From Octopus sinensis (taxonomy: Eukaryota): 64,000 nt of DNA. The notes beneath the pieces are model-generated. The model was not told where the DNA came from, ran no database searches, and saw only the letters and a program-made list of their open reading frames with translations. Positions 39,006 through 52,121 of the stretch are shown here, in pieces; position 1 is the stretch's first letter; every line of letters starts with the position of its first letter. A program made the translations under genes and the position numbers. The DNA lies in assembly GCF_006345805.1 (NCBI RefSeq), contig NC_043002.1:10602001-10666000 (forward strand), in the 5' to 3' direction.

Positions 39006-39600
39006 GGCGGTGAGCTGGCAGAAACGTTAGCATGCCGGGCGAAATGCGTAGCCGTATTTCGTCGGCTGCTACGTTCTGAGTTCAAATTCCACCGAAGTCG
39101 ACTTTGCTTTTCATCCTATCGGGGTCGATAGATTAAGTACCAGTTACTCACTGGAGTCAATGTAATCGACTTAATCCGTTTGTCTGTCCTTGTTTGTCCT
39201 CTCTGTGTTTAACCCCCTGTGTGTAGTAAAGAAATAGAAATAGGTATTTCGTCTGCCGCTACGTTCTGAGTTCAAATTCCATCGAGGTCGCCTTTGCCTT
39301 TCATCCTATCGGGGTCGATAGATTAAGTACCAGTTACGCATTGGAGTCGATATAATCGACTTAATTCGGTTGTCTGTCCTTGTTTGTCCTCTCTGTGTTT
39401 AGCCCCTTGTAGGTATTAAAGAAATAGAAATAGGTATTTCGTCTGTCTTTGTGTTCTGAGTTTAAATTCTGCCGTGGCCGATTTTGCCTTTCATCCTTTC
39501 AGGGTCGATAAATTAAGTACCACTTGTGTACAGGAGTCGATCTAATCAACTGGCCCCTTCCCAAAAAATTTCGAACCTTGTGCTTAGAGTAGAAAAGAAT
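39006..39600 (+). mobile_element. SINE A trimer (one head, three body units, A' tail)
   Basis: Junctions aaagaaatagaaataggtatttcgtctg at ~39229-39256 and ~39419-39446. Confidence 0.88.
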
Positions 39601-40188
39601 ATTTCTGACTTTGCTCCGAAATTTGAAATCAATATTCAAGACTATCTTCGCTTTTAATTATTTCCCTGTTGCATTTGAAATTTGTTTAGCGGAATTATTT
39701 CAATTAATTTTATTTAATTAATTTTACTTAACAACTTCAATTATCAGCTCAAATCTTTAACAATTTCATTGACAATCATTTATTTCCCTCGTCTACATTT
39801 AATGTTCGCTGATATCGCAGACAGCAAGTAGCAGAGAAGAATCAACGTGTTAGGCCACCCCTGAGGCCACCCTGGATTTCATTTCACTGTTGTTATTTTT
39901 ATCATGGCATGACATTTTATAAATCGTTCGAGACACGTGATTTCCGAGTATCATTGTGGATATCGTCAACTGAGTAGCATATCAAGTTACAGAAGCACAT
40001 AAATATAGATTAATGTGTGAGAGACAAAGAAAGAGAGAAGAACGTGTGATACAGATTAGAAAAGCTTCTATTTATATATGCAATGATTTCTATAACCTCC
40101 AGAGTACCAACGAATTTGAATCAAGCTGATTCCATCCATGCTTGCGATTCCCAATAAATTAGTACCCTTCTTTCGTTTGTCTACTCAC

Positions 40189-40276
40189 TCGTACGATTGC
40201 TCCAGTCTCTGTTGAGCGCCATTCCCGAAGGTCTGACCAACAGTTTGCAAAGGAGAGACAACCACTACCGTACTAG
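40189..40276 (-). other. Candidate spliced exon (88 nt), coding status unknown
   Basis: The minus strand shows a pyrimidine tract ending cttctttatttctcAG as acceptor and GTGAGT as donor. One open frame, STVVVVSPLQTVGQTFGNGAQQRLEQSY, which I do not recognise. Confidence 0.3.
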
Positions 40277-41063
40277 CTGAGAAATAAAGAAGAAAAAAGG
40301 TGCTTGAAAATCAAGAGTACCAACGAATTTGAATCAAACTGTTTTGATCCATACACGTATTATGTATATATATATATCATATTCAAACTCATAAGAAGGC
40401 CATTCACTTGTGGAGAAATATTCTCACTGTAGACAAAATGATGTAAACGAAACCAGTTGATTTCGAGGCAACTTCTATTTTAATGGATGCATGCATTTCG
40501 AAGTAGTTATCTTCTCTTCGGCAACAAACACTGAAAAGAGAAATGGTTCTGATCTGAGTTCGCGACTAGGCCAGGGTGAATGATCATTTTGCGGATTTGA
40601 ATAGGGTTGCAATATATTTGAATTGTAACAAGTTCATATATATATATAAGTGTGTGTGTGTATGTGTACACATATATACTTATATATCCAAACAAATATA
40701 TTTTTATATAGATTATATAGGTATATCCGTACAAACACGGGTGTGAGTATGTGTGTGTGTGTGTGTCTATGTCTATGTACATAAGTTTTTTAGTGTACAT
40801 GTATGTATATATATTTCAAAGTTTCGTTTGCGGTTGGTTTCATCAGATTCTGAATTACATTCAGGTTGTATGGCTTATATCCGTAGGTCTTTTTATAGAT
40901 GGTTCGGTTTAAAATGATGGAGAAGTTAATTTTAGTATTGGAATTATAATGATAGACGTTGGTGAGGACGACTGACTCTTAGCTGTAGGGAATAAGCACA
41001 TACAAAAAAGAAAAAAAATGAAAAAACTAGAAGAATGCAAAGTGTGAACGCATACTTCTATGA

Positions 41064-41135
<72 letters not shown>

Positions 41136-41329
41136 ATGTGTGTACTGAAGTCAATTAAATGCTTTCCACACACTTTTCTGTCACAATTTTTCACACATAA
41201 CCAATTTCGGATGGTCGACAACTTTCGATTCCGTTATTTCATCAATCTCATGTAAATTAACTCTACAAATAAGTCAAGAAGAGAAAAAAACTTTTGTGAA
41301 TTCTAATAATTTAAGAACCTATGGTAGAT

Positions 41330-41930
41330 GGACTTGCGCTCGTAATACCGAGTTCTACTAAACTCAGACGTTCTCATATCCAAATATGAAGATTAATATG
41401 CCATGATAAATGGTAGCAACACTTCGGCGAAACATATTGCTTCTATTCTCCAAACCGTTTCTTTCGATCTATCCCGAAATAATAATTTAGTTTTAATAAT
41501 TATAGCTTCAATTTACCAAGCATCCTTCTAGCCTGCTTATGAAACCTTAAGAAACTGACATCCATTGTTAACTGTTATAGATTCTATTCTCCCGAAATTC
41601 AGGTTATCTTATTCCCTAGTCTTTGAGAAACAACGCCAACTCACTTATTCAACAAATATCAATGATTCTTTTCCCGAATTTATATTCAGAACTGTTATTC
41701 ATTGTTCACCAAATTGCACTCAAATTCGCCGCTAGCAAAACCCAATAATATCAATATCAAATTATAAACTATGAAATCGATCTTCTACATCAACACTACT
41801 TCCCTACAAAGGAGTCACAACAGTCAGTTCTCTGATGCGAGCATGGGTGGTAAGGATTTCGCTGAATTATGTGAACTTGTTGGATTATATATTCTACATT
41901 GCTTACGCAATGTTCCCCTTCTTATCCATT
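41330..41930 (+). pseudogene. Decayed Penelope-like RT fragment
   Basis: ELL...IALKFA and SMGGKDFAELCELVGLYILHCL resemble the MG..DGAE.CELVGLYIL motif of PLE RT. Confidence 0.6.
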
Positions 41931-42295
41931 TTGTTCTGAGACGATGGCTTTCAAATTTCAGAAACCGAAATCTAAGAACTATTGCTCCATTGGTGATGGT
42001 GCTGGCAATGGTGGCGGTGGTCGGGTGATTGGTGTTAGCAGTAATGTTGGTAATGTTCTTGTTGTTTCTCCCAGATCTCTCTTGATTGACTACGATCAAA
42101 GTCTGCCCAGTCTGGATCATTTCATCTTTTAAGTGCGACACTATATATTTCTTTTTCTGAGGTGTACTTGCCTGGGAAGGGATTTGATCCGAGATCGTGC
42201 GTTGAAACCAAAACAATTGCTGTGTAGAAGACACATATTAGCCACTCAAAAACACAAAATGGCATTTGACTTTACTTCAACATTTATTATTTGTT

Positions 42296-42680
42296 GTGGA
42301 GGCGCAATGGCCCAGGGGTTAAGGCAGCGGACTCGCGGTCGTAGGATCGCGGTTTCGATTCCCAGACCGGGCGTTGTGAGTGTTTATTGAGCGAAAACAC
42401 ATAAAAGCTCCACGAGGCTCCGGCAGGGGATGGTGGTGATCCCTGCTGTACTCTTTCACCACAACTTTCTCTCACTATTACTTCCTGTTTCTGTTGTACC
42501 TGTATTTCAAAGGGCCGGCCTTGTCACTCTCTGTGTCACGCTGAATATCCCCGAGAACTACGTTAAGGGTACACGTGTCTGTGGAGTGCTCAGCCACTTA
42601 CACGTTAATTTCACGAGCAGGCTGTTCCGTTGATCAGATCAATCGGAACCCTCGTCGTCGTAACCGACGGGGAGCTTCCC
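42296..42680 (+). mobile_element. SINE family C, full-length, 10-bp TSD
   Basis: Head ggaggcgcaatggcccagggg...gtttcgattccc. TSD attatttgtt at 42286-95 and 42681-90. The 3' ~200 bp is shared with family D. Confidence 0.92.
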
Positions 42681-42700
42681 ATTATTTGTTATAAAGTCTC

Positions 42701-42795
42701 AAAATTTCCGTTGCGCAAAGTGCGACCTGGCAACTGACAAGATGCAGTGCAATCTTGTCTTTAATCATGTCGCATTTTGGAGCGACAAAAATTTT
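42701..42795. ncRNA. Long imperfect hairpin, pre-miRNA-like
   Basis: 42717-42743 pairs in register with 42752-42778 at 22 of 27 positions (including G-U). Basal extensions gttgc/gcgac and aaaattt/aaatttt. Confidence 0.4.
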
Positions 42796-42951
42796 AACGG
42801 CTCGTAAAAAATAAATGTTCAAGTGAGGTTAAGAGATTTTGCGTGTTTTGGAAGAGCTAAAACATCTCCTACCCTGCATCATGCATTTTTATGTCCTTCA
42901 TTTTTTGAGACAGTAAGATGTAATTTGAATAAGATTATACTACGTTTTCAG

Positions 42952-43075
42952 GCACTCCATTTATTTTGCATACGTATTCCAATATTTATAGTATTTATAG
43001 GTATCTGTTTGTATATTGTGCTGTGCTTTGAGTTCATTGTCAGCCCTGATCGAACAGAGGTCTCCGTGATAGGAG
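42952..43075 (+). other. Weak candidate exon encoding a hydrophobic segment
   Basis: ttttcAG acceptor and AG|gtatcc donor. Open frame ALHLFCIRIPIFIVFIGICLYIVLCFEFIVSPDRTEVSVIG, no recognisable family. Confidence 0.2.
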
Positions 43076-44798
43076 GTATCCGTGTTTCAATACCCATTAT
43101 ATTAACTCTTGTTAATAGAAGTTTCAATAACCCATTATATTAACTCTTGTTAAGTTTTGAAGAAAACAAAATGTAATTTGAAGAATATTTAGCTGCTGCT
43201 TTTTGTATCTCAAGAATGGATTGGTGGTTTTACATGATCAAAATTACCTAAATGGATGTTGATAGTTTGAATTTAAATTCATCTTGATATCACTTTTATT
43301 ACAATTCCTTAAGCAGAGCTCAAATATATAACAAATATGAACTGATTAAGAGTACATTGTTGGGTGATATGGTTCACACCATTAAAAACTTTTCCATTTG
43401 TCAAATTATGATTATTATTTTGGATAAAGACGGAGAAACTACTGTAATTAAATAAATGATTGCGAAAACATTATTATCGTTGCAAGCAATTTATCACAAG
43501 CGTAAGTTTCGCATCTGCAGTGGTACAACTGTTGTGATAATAAAATATTAATAAATAAATACATATCGAACTGTTGTGTCAGGAGATTGTAGCATTATAT
43601 TTTGCACACTATACAGTAATTTTGAGAAAATGAATGTAATTACTTCATTTTTTAAGAAGATAATTTTATCATATGAAGCTTTATACTATCTTCTTTAGGT
43701 ACGAACTATGCCAGATTTAGCAAAGAGACACCTCATAGGAGTCAGGGAAATATGATTTACCGTAAATTATAAATTACTGCTTACTCTGAAGAAATATGAT
43801 CACATCAAAATTTAATCATATGTTTGGTGTAGAACATTAAAATTTAGCGATATATTAAATAAAAATACCATATCTTAAGTTTGTACTCAGAACAAAAAGG
43901 CATGTATATAATGTGCTGTAAATAACAGGATGTAAAGTGGTAAAGCAAATGTGATTAAAACGATAGTAAATAACGTAGCAAGAATATCATGACGCTATGC
44001 ATGATTACCTTCGACAAGAAATTTCCAGATCTTTATAATGTGTTAGAAACAAATTAAATGTGTGTTGCTAATGTCTTGAGAATTTTATGAACTTTCAGAA
44101 AAAGGTGAAATAATAATATTTTGGAAGAGAGGATCTCGAGGTACATAGAGCTATAAATGATAGCATGGGGTTGAAAAACCCCTTTTTGAGCAGAAAATTT
44201 TGAAGGATGCCCGTGGGACTCGAGTTCAAATTTCTTGTACACATGACAGATGTTCTACCATTGGACGAAAAAGCACTTCGAATTTTTCTTTCCATTTTAG
44301 GATTTTTATTCTTACCAGCAAAGGTTGTATGCTGTTTATGCCATAAAAATGTGATAAACTTTTAAGAGAAAGTGACATAATTCCTTATTTTGGAACGATG
44401 GATCTCGAAACACAGAAATCCATAAATTATAACCTTCAACTTTTCAATCCCGAGGGACTTTTTTCAATTTACTATTTACGTGGTATTACTTATAGCTGTA
44501 TTCGCTTCGAGACCCACTGCTCCAAAAGAAAAAAATAAGAATTCAATGCTTATACACTATGCGCCTTCCTCCTTGGTTTTCGCATTTTCTAGAAATGATT
44601 ATCTCCCTTATAATAACTGGCCACCATTTTAAACAACCTAAAGCAATAAAGTTGATTTACGAAATGTACTATGAGGGATTCATGTTGCCATGTATGCGTA
44701 GTATAGGAGGAACGAGTAACTATTCTCTCGATACAATTTTAGGAGTAAATCATTACTAAACGTACTAATTATAATAAAATTTAAAATTATTATCATAA

Positions 44799-44878
<80 letters not shown>

Positions 44879-44914
44879 CGTTATTATTATTATTATCATC
44901 ATTATTATTATAGA

Positions 44915-46221
44915 CGTCGCAGACTATACAACATCGTGAGGTTGTTGATTGAAGATATTGTGGCTACCGTGGGCTTGTATTGTTTGTTAAGCCACAAGAA
45001 GAACCTCAGATAGTACTTTACGCAATATGTGTGCAGTTCCAAGTAATGCTGAGTTTTGCAATTCTCCTAGATTGTGGATTCTAAAGTTTCCAGGTGATTT
45101 TTCACCTAATGCTCCGATGACAATTGGTACAACCATTATGTTTGACTCTCGTAGCTACCGCATCTTAGCAATCTCAGTTTTCAAGTCTCCATATTTATCA
45201 ACGTTTTCTCTCTTTTTTTTTTGATAATATGTTGATTTCCTAGCACTCTTGCTTGTCCCTCCTAAAGGTTACTATATCCGGCCTTCGGTGGTCTAACACT
45301 TTGTTTGTCTGGAAGGCAAAGTCCCAAAGGATTTTCATCTATTACCTTTTCCGGTGTATGCTGGTACTAACCGCCCATATCTTCATATCTATAGTTACTG
45401 CATAGTAACCAGTGGAGGTTTTGGGCTACCTTGTCGTGTCTACACATGTACACTTTCTGCGCAAGATTTTCACAAGCACTAACAATATGGGTCATAGTTT
45501 CGACCCTCTTCCCACACATTCTCCAGAGGTCTGTTACACTTGCGTGGTATATATTATTTTTCACTGAGTTGGTATCCAATGCCTGGTCGTGGGCAGCGAT
45601 GGCTTGGCTTTCAGTATTCTTTTAGTTGAGCCACCTCCATGATGCTTCCTGGTCTTTTAATTTGCTGGTTTCAAGATGGAACTGACCATGTAATTCCATA
45701 CGAAGTAGGGTTTCTTCTCTCTCTTGATCGGTATTCATGAGCACTCGCAAGTTCATTTTTGTTAACTCCTTCTGACTAGCAGCATACTGAAGCAAGTCTT
45801 GTTTGCTGTTTACCAAATATTCTGCTATGTTTCTTCTTTCTCTTTTGATTCACCCCGTACCTTAATCAGCCCACGCCCACCTTTACCTCTGTTCATATAG
45901 AGCCTGTGAACACTTGCTTTAGGGTGGAGGGCACCATGCATTGTCATTGTCTTTCGGGTAGTGCGATAGAGCTGGCAAACTCTGCTTGTGTCCGTTTCAG
46001 GATGGGTGATTATAGCGCACTACAGAAACAGCTCATATGTTGATGGCAGTCACAAGGTTCCTTGAGTTGAGCTTTGATTTCAAGAGAAATTTGAGGCACT
46101 TGAAATATGCAGTGATGACCCTATCTGTCATTTCGTTGTGCAAGATATTGTCCAGCTCCATGATCCCAAGGTACTTGTAATCATCATCATCCGTGTCTTC
46201 CATTCTCTCTCCGCTTGGCAA
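44915..46221 (-). mobile_element. R4/Dong-type non-LTR retrotransposon 3' part (end of RT, CCHC knuckle, RLE endonuclease), decayed
   Basis: YKYLGI...LKSKLNSRNLVTAIN, CGKRVETMTHIVSAC..LAQKVY..RHDKVA..LHW, LWDFAFQTNKVLDHRRPDIV, KYGDL..VPIVIGALG, LLGTAHILRKVL. (ATT)n on both sides. Confidence 0.85.
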
Positions 46222-46239
46222 TATTATTATTATTATTAC

Positions 46240-46289
<50 letters not shown>

Positions 46290-46333
46290 TATTATTTTAT
46301 TATTATTATTACTATTATTAATTACTTCTATAC

Positions 46334-46378
<45 letters not shown>

Positions 46379-46395
46379 TTCTATTACTATTATTA

Positions 46396-46426
<31 letters not shown>

Positions 46427-46502
46427 TTATTACTATTATTATTATTATTATTATTACTATTATTATTATTATTACTTCTTATTACTATTATTATTATTAT
46501 TA

Positions 46503-46547
<45 letters not shown>

Positions 46548-46568
46548 TATTATTATTACTTCTATTAC

Positions 46569-46609
<41 letters not shown>

Positions 46610-46641
46610 TTATTATTATATTATTATTATTATTATTATTA

Positions 46642-46677
<36 letters not shown>

Positions 46678-46723
46678 CATTATTATTATTATTATTACTA
46701 TTATTATTATTACTTCTTATTAC

Positions 46724-46764
<41 letters not shown>

Positions 46765-46777
46765 TATTATTATTATG

Positions 46778-46822
<45 letters not shown>

Positions 46823-46844
46823 TTATTATTATTACTTCTATTAC

Positions 46845-46878
<34 letters not shown>

Positions 46879-47112
46879 CTATTATTATTATTATTATTAT
46901 TATATTATTATTATTATTATTATTATTATCATTATTATTACTTCTATTACTATTATTATTATGATTATTATTATATTATTATTATTATTATATTAATTAT
47001 TATTTTATTACTATTATTATTATACTTCTATTACTATTATTATTATTATTGATTATTATTATATATATTATTATTATTATTATATTACTATTATTATTAT
47101 TACTTCTATTAC

Positions 47113-47146
<34 letters not shown>

Positions 47147-47175
47147 TTATTATTATTTATTATTATTATTATTAT
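46222..47175. repeat. (ATT)n microsatellite, ~950 bp
   Basis: Direct reading. Confidence 0.95.
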
Positions 47176-47199
47176 TATATTTCTTCTTCGTATTATTAT

Positions 47200-48030
47200 C
47201 AATATTGTTGTTCAACATTTGGTCGTTGCTGGCTAATTTCTTCTCATCACCAGCTACACCGTGTTGTTTGGGATGTGTGCAGCATCGTGTGTTCTCTTCT
47301 GTTGCTGGGAGTGTGCAAACTCTTCCTGGCATTGTATTGCCTCAGTTCTTTTATGCTTTGAAGTGTGATACAGTATTTTCTTGTATTACTGTTTGCATTG
47401 TGCGTTGCGTGTGTAATGCATTGGTTATTTGGCTTGCTGGTGGTAGTTTATATCATTGGATAATTGCTGTATATAGTCTTGCGGTTGTGGATTGTTTTTG
47501 TTTAGGTTGTTACATTGTATTGACAGTGTTTTGCGTAGGATGTGGACTATTATTAGCGGATTTATTTTTTTTAGGCAGTGTAGTGTTGAGAATTCAGGTG
47601 TAGCTTCTCCACTTTTCATGTTCTTTTGTCATGTCCAATCTTCCATTTATTACTGGCATTGTTTTCACGTTCATGCCCCACAACTTAAATACTTCAATTT
47701 CGAGGTCTTTGTACTTTGGCCATTTTTACACTTCCTTTTTGACAATATTTTGGTTAGAAGGGACTGCAATGTCTGTCAGTAAGCAGGAGTTTTTTATTCC
47801 CCCCAATCCTTTATTATTGTTACTTCTTTACTTCTCACATCGTTCGGTCTTGTTTGTTCTGGTAGATTCTGTGAGAGCAGACAACGGCGTGGTGTCAGGG
47901 GTCTCACAGAGTTTCTTTCCGCACATTATATGCTTTGATACATGGTTGTTAATTATCATGAGAGACAATCAACTTCCAGGTGCCAATCTGAAAATCCTTG
48001 CTGTCCCCAACGGTGCCGTTTTGGGGCTTG
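47200..48030 (-). mobile_element. Two further RLE-type LINE 3' ends
   Basis: The minus strand reads KYKDLEIEVFKLW (~47680-47720) and LGTARIFR (~47990-48015), each followed by tail-like sequence. Confidence 0.55.
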
Positions 48031-48097
48031 ATTTAGGGGCAGTAGTAGTAGTAGTAGTGGTGGTGGTGGAGGAGGTAGTGGTGGTGGTAGTAGTTGT

Positions 48098-48146
<49 letters not shown>

Positions 48147-48173
48147 GTAGTAGAAGTAGTAGTAGTTGTAGTT

Positions 48174-48210
<37 letters not shown>

Positions 48211-48811
48211 CGGCGGCGGTGGTGGTGGTGATGGTGGTGATGGTGGTGGAGAAGTGGAGAGCAATGTTAGGTTAAATGCCTACTGGATGTCGAGGTAGGG
48301 AACAGATGGAAGCAGCTGCGGTCAGTTAAAAATAATATAAAGATTATAAATAGATAAGTGAGAATATGGCGAACTTGTAAATGTTAGTAAACAGAATGAA
48401 AATAAATAAATAAATAAATAAAAGATAAGAAACGAGTACAAAGGACAAAAGTAGAAGAATGATTGAGGAAGAATAACATCAAATATTAAGTCAGCCTAAT
48501 GTGAAACTTCTGGCGGAATTGAATGTGTCTTAGTTGTTAAGGCTAAGATTGGTCGGTAAGTTACTTTACTAAAATTTTAATGTGACGCAGCTGAACCAAA
48601 TGTAGATTACGGAAGAAGAAGAAGAAAGGTAGTTTGGAAGCAGGAAGGCTTCTCTTATAATGATGTACTGAATCTTTCATATTTAGTTTTTTTACGGAGT
48701 TACATGAAAATTTGGTGTATCTATAGATTGTACTATAATCTGGAATTGATCATCATATACTTATATACATACATACATATGTATGTATGCATATAGATAT
48801 ATAGATAGATA

Positions 48812-48857
<46 letters not shown>

Positions 48858-48994
48858 GTATACATTGATCATCATATGCTTATGTATATATATATATATT
48901 TATATATATGTATATACATATATATTTATATATGTACATATAGTATGTATATATATATACACATATATATGCATGCTTATATGTACATCGATAA

Positions 48995-49036
<42 letters not shown>

Positions 49037-49203
49037 TGTGTAGTAAAATTTCTTTGTTTATTGTACAGGCAGTAGTCCGAAATGTTCAGATAAAAGACCC
49101 GAGACGCGAAGGTATTGAAAAAGGCTGAGGAGAATTTCAGATAGGTTCAACAATTTAATTTTACATTTATTCTGCCATAGATCAGTGCATATCAGTCTTT
49201 GGA

Positions 49204-49529
49204 TGTGAGGGCGCGTGGCTTAGTGGTTAGGGCATTCGGCTCATGATCGTAAGGTTGTGAGTTCGATTCCCGGCGACGCGTTGTGTCCTTGAGCAAGACA
49301 CTTTATTTCACGTTGCTCCAGTCCACTCAGCTGGCAAAAATGAGTTGTACTTGTATTTCAAAGGGTCAGCCTTGTCACTCTCTGTGTCACGCTGATTTTC
49401 CCCGAGAACTACGTTAAGGGTACACGTGTCTGTGGAATGCTCAGCCATTTGCACGTTAATTTCACGAGCAAGCTGTTCCGTTGATCGTATCAGCTGGGAC
49501 CCTCGTCGTCGTAACCGGCGGAGTCTTTA
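49204..49529 (+). mobile_element. SINE family D, full-length, 13-bp TSD
   Basis: tRNA-like head (tggcttagtggttag...gagttcgattccc), gtgtccttgagcaagacactt core, tail shared with family C. TSD atcagtctttgga at 49191-203 and 49530-42. Confidence 0.92.
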
Positions 49530-49599
49530 ATCAGTCTTTGGAATATGCCAACGTATCAGTCGCTAAAATATTAAAACGTATTAAAAATTCATGAATACA

Positions 49600-50290
49600 C
49601 AAATACGAGTATATCAAATTCTAATGTACAGAGATAAATAAATGAGTGACATTAGGTTAGAACAGCGTTGTAAAAATTATTCAGAATGAAAGTATGTCTT
49701 TACAAAAAGGCAAATAAAGCAATGTCTTCTGAAGAACGAGATAATCATCGTAGCATTGAGATTGGAATATTTCAAAAAACATGTAAATAATCCGCGAGAA
49801 TAAGTAATCCAGTTTAGGTAAACTGTTCGTGGTAATCCTCTTACGACCGTTTAAAGGGTACAGTAATCCATAGATTTTAAGGGTATTTTCACTCCGAAAA
49901 TTGGATACTGCCTCCTTCATTAGAGAGTATATTATTCAGGATTCATATTTCGTGCAACTTTGTACTGGGTAAATGAACTTTAATCATATCGGGAGGTGCA
50001 GTCGATAACAGGAAGAGGAAATATTATAACAAAGAATTATGGGAAATGCGATTTAGAGAATGTTATAAATGTTAAGCAGGTAATAACTGATCAATATGAG
50101 GTTACAGGATGGCATGAGTTTAGAGATTAATCGGAATATAGATAATTAAATATTAGATGGTTAATTTATCTAGGTTTACCGAAATATTTAAATGTTGAAC
50201 GATGTCTATGCTTACAGGAAAATATAGCATCCGAGAACTTATTTAATGATTTAGGCTCATATCGATGAAGAATATTCATGGACTCTCTAA
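49600..50290 (-). pseudogene. Possible heavily decayed Penelope-like RT C-terminal region
   Basis: A stop-ridden frame reads HLPSTKL...EGGSIQF and NIPISMLR*LSRSS, resembling the HP.IKFT..G.I.FLD and IP.S...RL.R..S motifs. Confidence 0.35.
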
Positions 50291-50296
50291 TACATA

Positions 50297-50339
<43 letters not shown>

Positions 50340-50973
50340 GCAAAGTTCAATCTTGCTTGCTTGCAATGTTACACAGCTAAACTGTCGCGTAATGGAGCAA
50401 ATACTTTGAAAGTTCCCCCTGAAATGCGAATAAGAACGCAATAAATCGACCAGCAGTTATTGAGACATGCGGGGTTTTGTGGTGTTATAAATAACCAAAA
50501 CAGGGCATAATGGGGAAATACTCCGAAAATATCTTAATCCTGAAAGGGAAGAAACTTTAATCTTTCCATGAATTACAATATGATGGGCAAAATATTTTAA
50601 AGTGAAAATGACTTTAAAAATACGTTAAATATTTCGTAAAAGACCCGCTCTTAGGATTCTTTCGAGTTCATTCAACGCATCTCACCTCCAAAGATTTGGC
50701 TACTATTTCTAGCATGCCCTGGCACCACGTTACAGCTATTTGCGATAAAGGACCCGAAATACGTGGTAGTAGGGCGTGCAAGAAATAGCAACCAAATATT
50801 TCCTTTTCTGGGGGTAAGGAGCCGTCTACGCGTGATTTCGATGTCATATTCATTGAGAGCATGCGATATAACATGGAGAAGAAAAAAACCCCACGAAACG
50901 AAACTCCATTGGTGAGAAACTCAGACTTCCCTGGTGAGCCAACCGGTCACGGAGAAGTCTACTATGTATGTAT

Positions 50974-51029
<56 letters not shown>

Positions 51030-51369
51030 ATGAATGTATGCATGTATGTATGTATGTATGTATGTATGTATGCATGTATGTATGTATGTATGTATGCATG
51101 TATGTATGTATGTATGTATGCATGTATGTATGTATGTGTGCATGTATGTATGCATGTATGTATGTATGTATGCATGCATGTATTATGTATGTATGTATGT
51201 ATGTATGTATGTATGCATGTATGTATGTATGTATGTGTATGATGGTCTCCAACAGTCACGAAGTTTGATTGCATATTGCGATGTGTGAGCATAATGCTGG
51301 CGGCTACAGCTGCAACATGTTTCTACTTCGTGACTTTTAGCGTACCTTGTAGTACAATGTATATGTGCA

Positions 51370-51400
<31 letters not shown>

Positions 51401-51401
51401 A

Positions 51402-51436
<35 letters not shown>

Positions 51437-51447
51437 GTGCGTGTGTG

Positions 51448-51478
<31 letters not shown>

Positions 51479-51644
51479 TTCAGAAATTGCTGATTCGTAG
51501 TCGAAAATAACGTCGTCCAGTGCTGCTCACTTAAAATTTTGTCTGTCCTCGTGTCTTCTCTTTCATTCTCTCAATCTTTCTTTGTCTCTGTCCCCCTCAC
51601 TCACTCACTGTCTCTCCGCCAACTCTTTCTTTCTCGTTCGCTCT

Positions 51645-52121
51645 CCAAGAAGAAGAAGAAGAAGAAGAAGAGAAGAAGAAGAAGAAGAAGAAGAAGAAGA
51701 AGAAGGAGAAGAAGGAGAAGAAGAAGAAGAAGAAGAAGAAGGAGAAGAAGAAGAAGAAGAGGAAGGAGAAGAAGAAGGGGAAGAAGAAGATAGAAGGAGA
51801 AGAAGAAGGAGAGAAGAAGAAGAGAAGAAGAAGAAGAAGAAGAAGAGAAGAGAAGAAGGAGAAAAGAAGAGGAGAAAAGAAGAAGAGAAGGAGAAAAGAA
51901 GAAGAAGAAGGGGAAGAAGAAGAAGAAGAGAGGAGAGAAGGAGAAGAAGAAGAAGAAGAAGAGAAGGAGAAGAAAGAAGAAGAAGAAGAAGAAGAAGGAG
52001 AAGAAGAAGAAGAAGGAGAAGAAGAAGGAGAAGAAGAAGAAGGAGGAGAAGAAGAAGAAGGAGAAGAAGAAGAAGAAGAAGAAGAAGAAGAAGAAGAAGA
52101 AGAAGAAGAAGAAGAAGAAGA
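51645..52121. repeat. (GAA)n/(GGA)n polypurine tract
   Basis: Direct reading. Confidence 0.95.

Noticed and set aside
42717-42778. SECIS element on the minus strand (AUGA present)
   Set aside because: No matching GA on the 3' side for the quartet and no correctly spaced apical AA.
44120-44470. Diverged ~260-bp tandem duplication (ttggaa...ggatctcga...cccg.gggact)
   Set aside because: Short patchy similarity, probably subterminal repeats of an old DNA transposon, with nothing further supportable.
46138-47603. ORFs of up to 304 aa rich in Y/L/I
   Set aside because: Translations of (ATT)n.
49204-49280. tRNA-Met-like gene (ctCATga loop)
   Set aside because: It is the head of a SINE with body, tail and a 13-bp TSD, and the acceptor stem is poor. 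The same applies to the other SINE heads.
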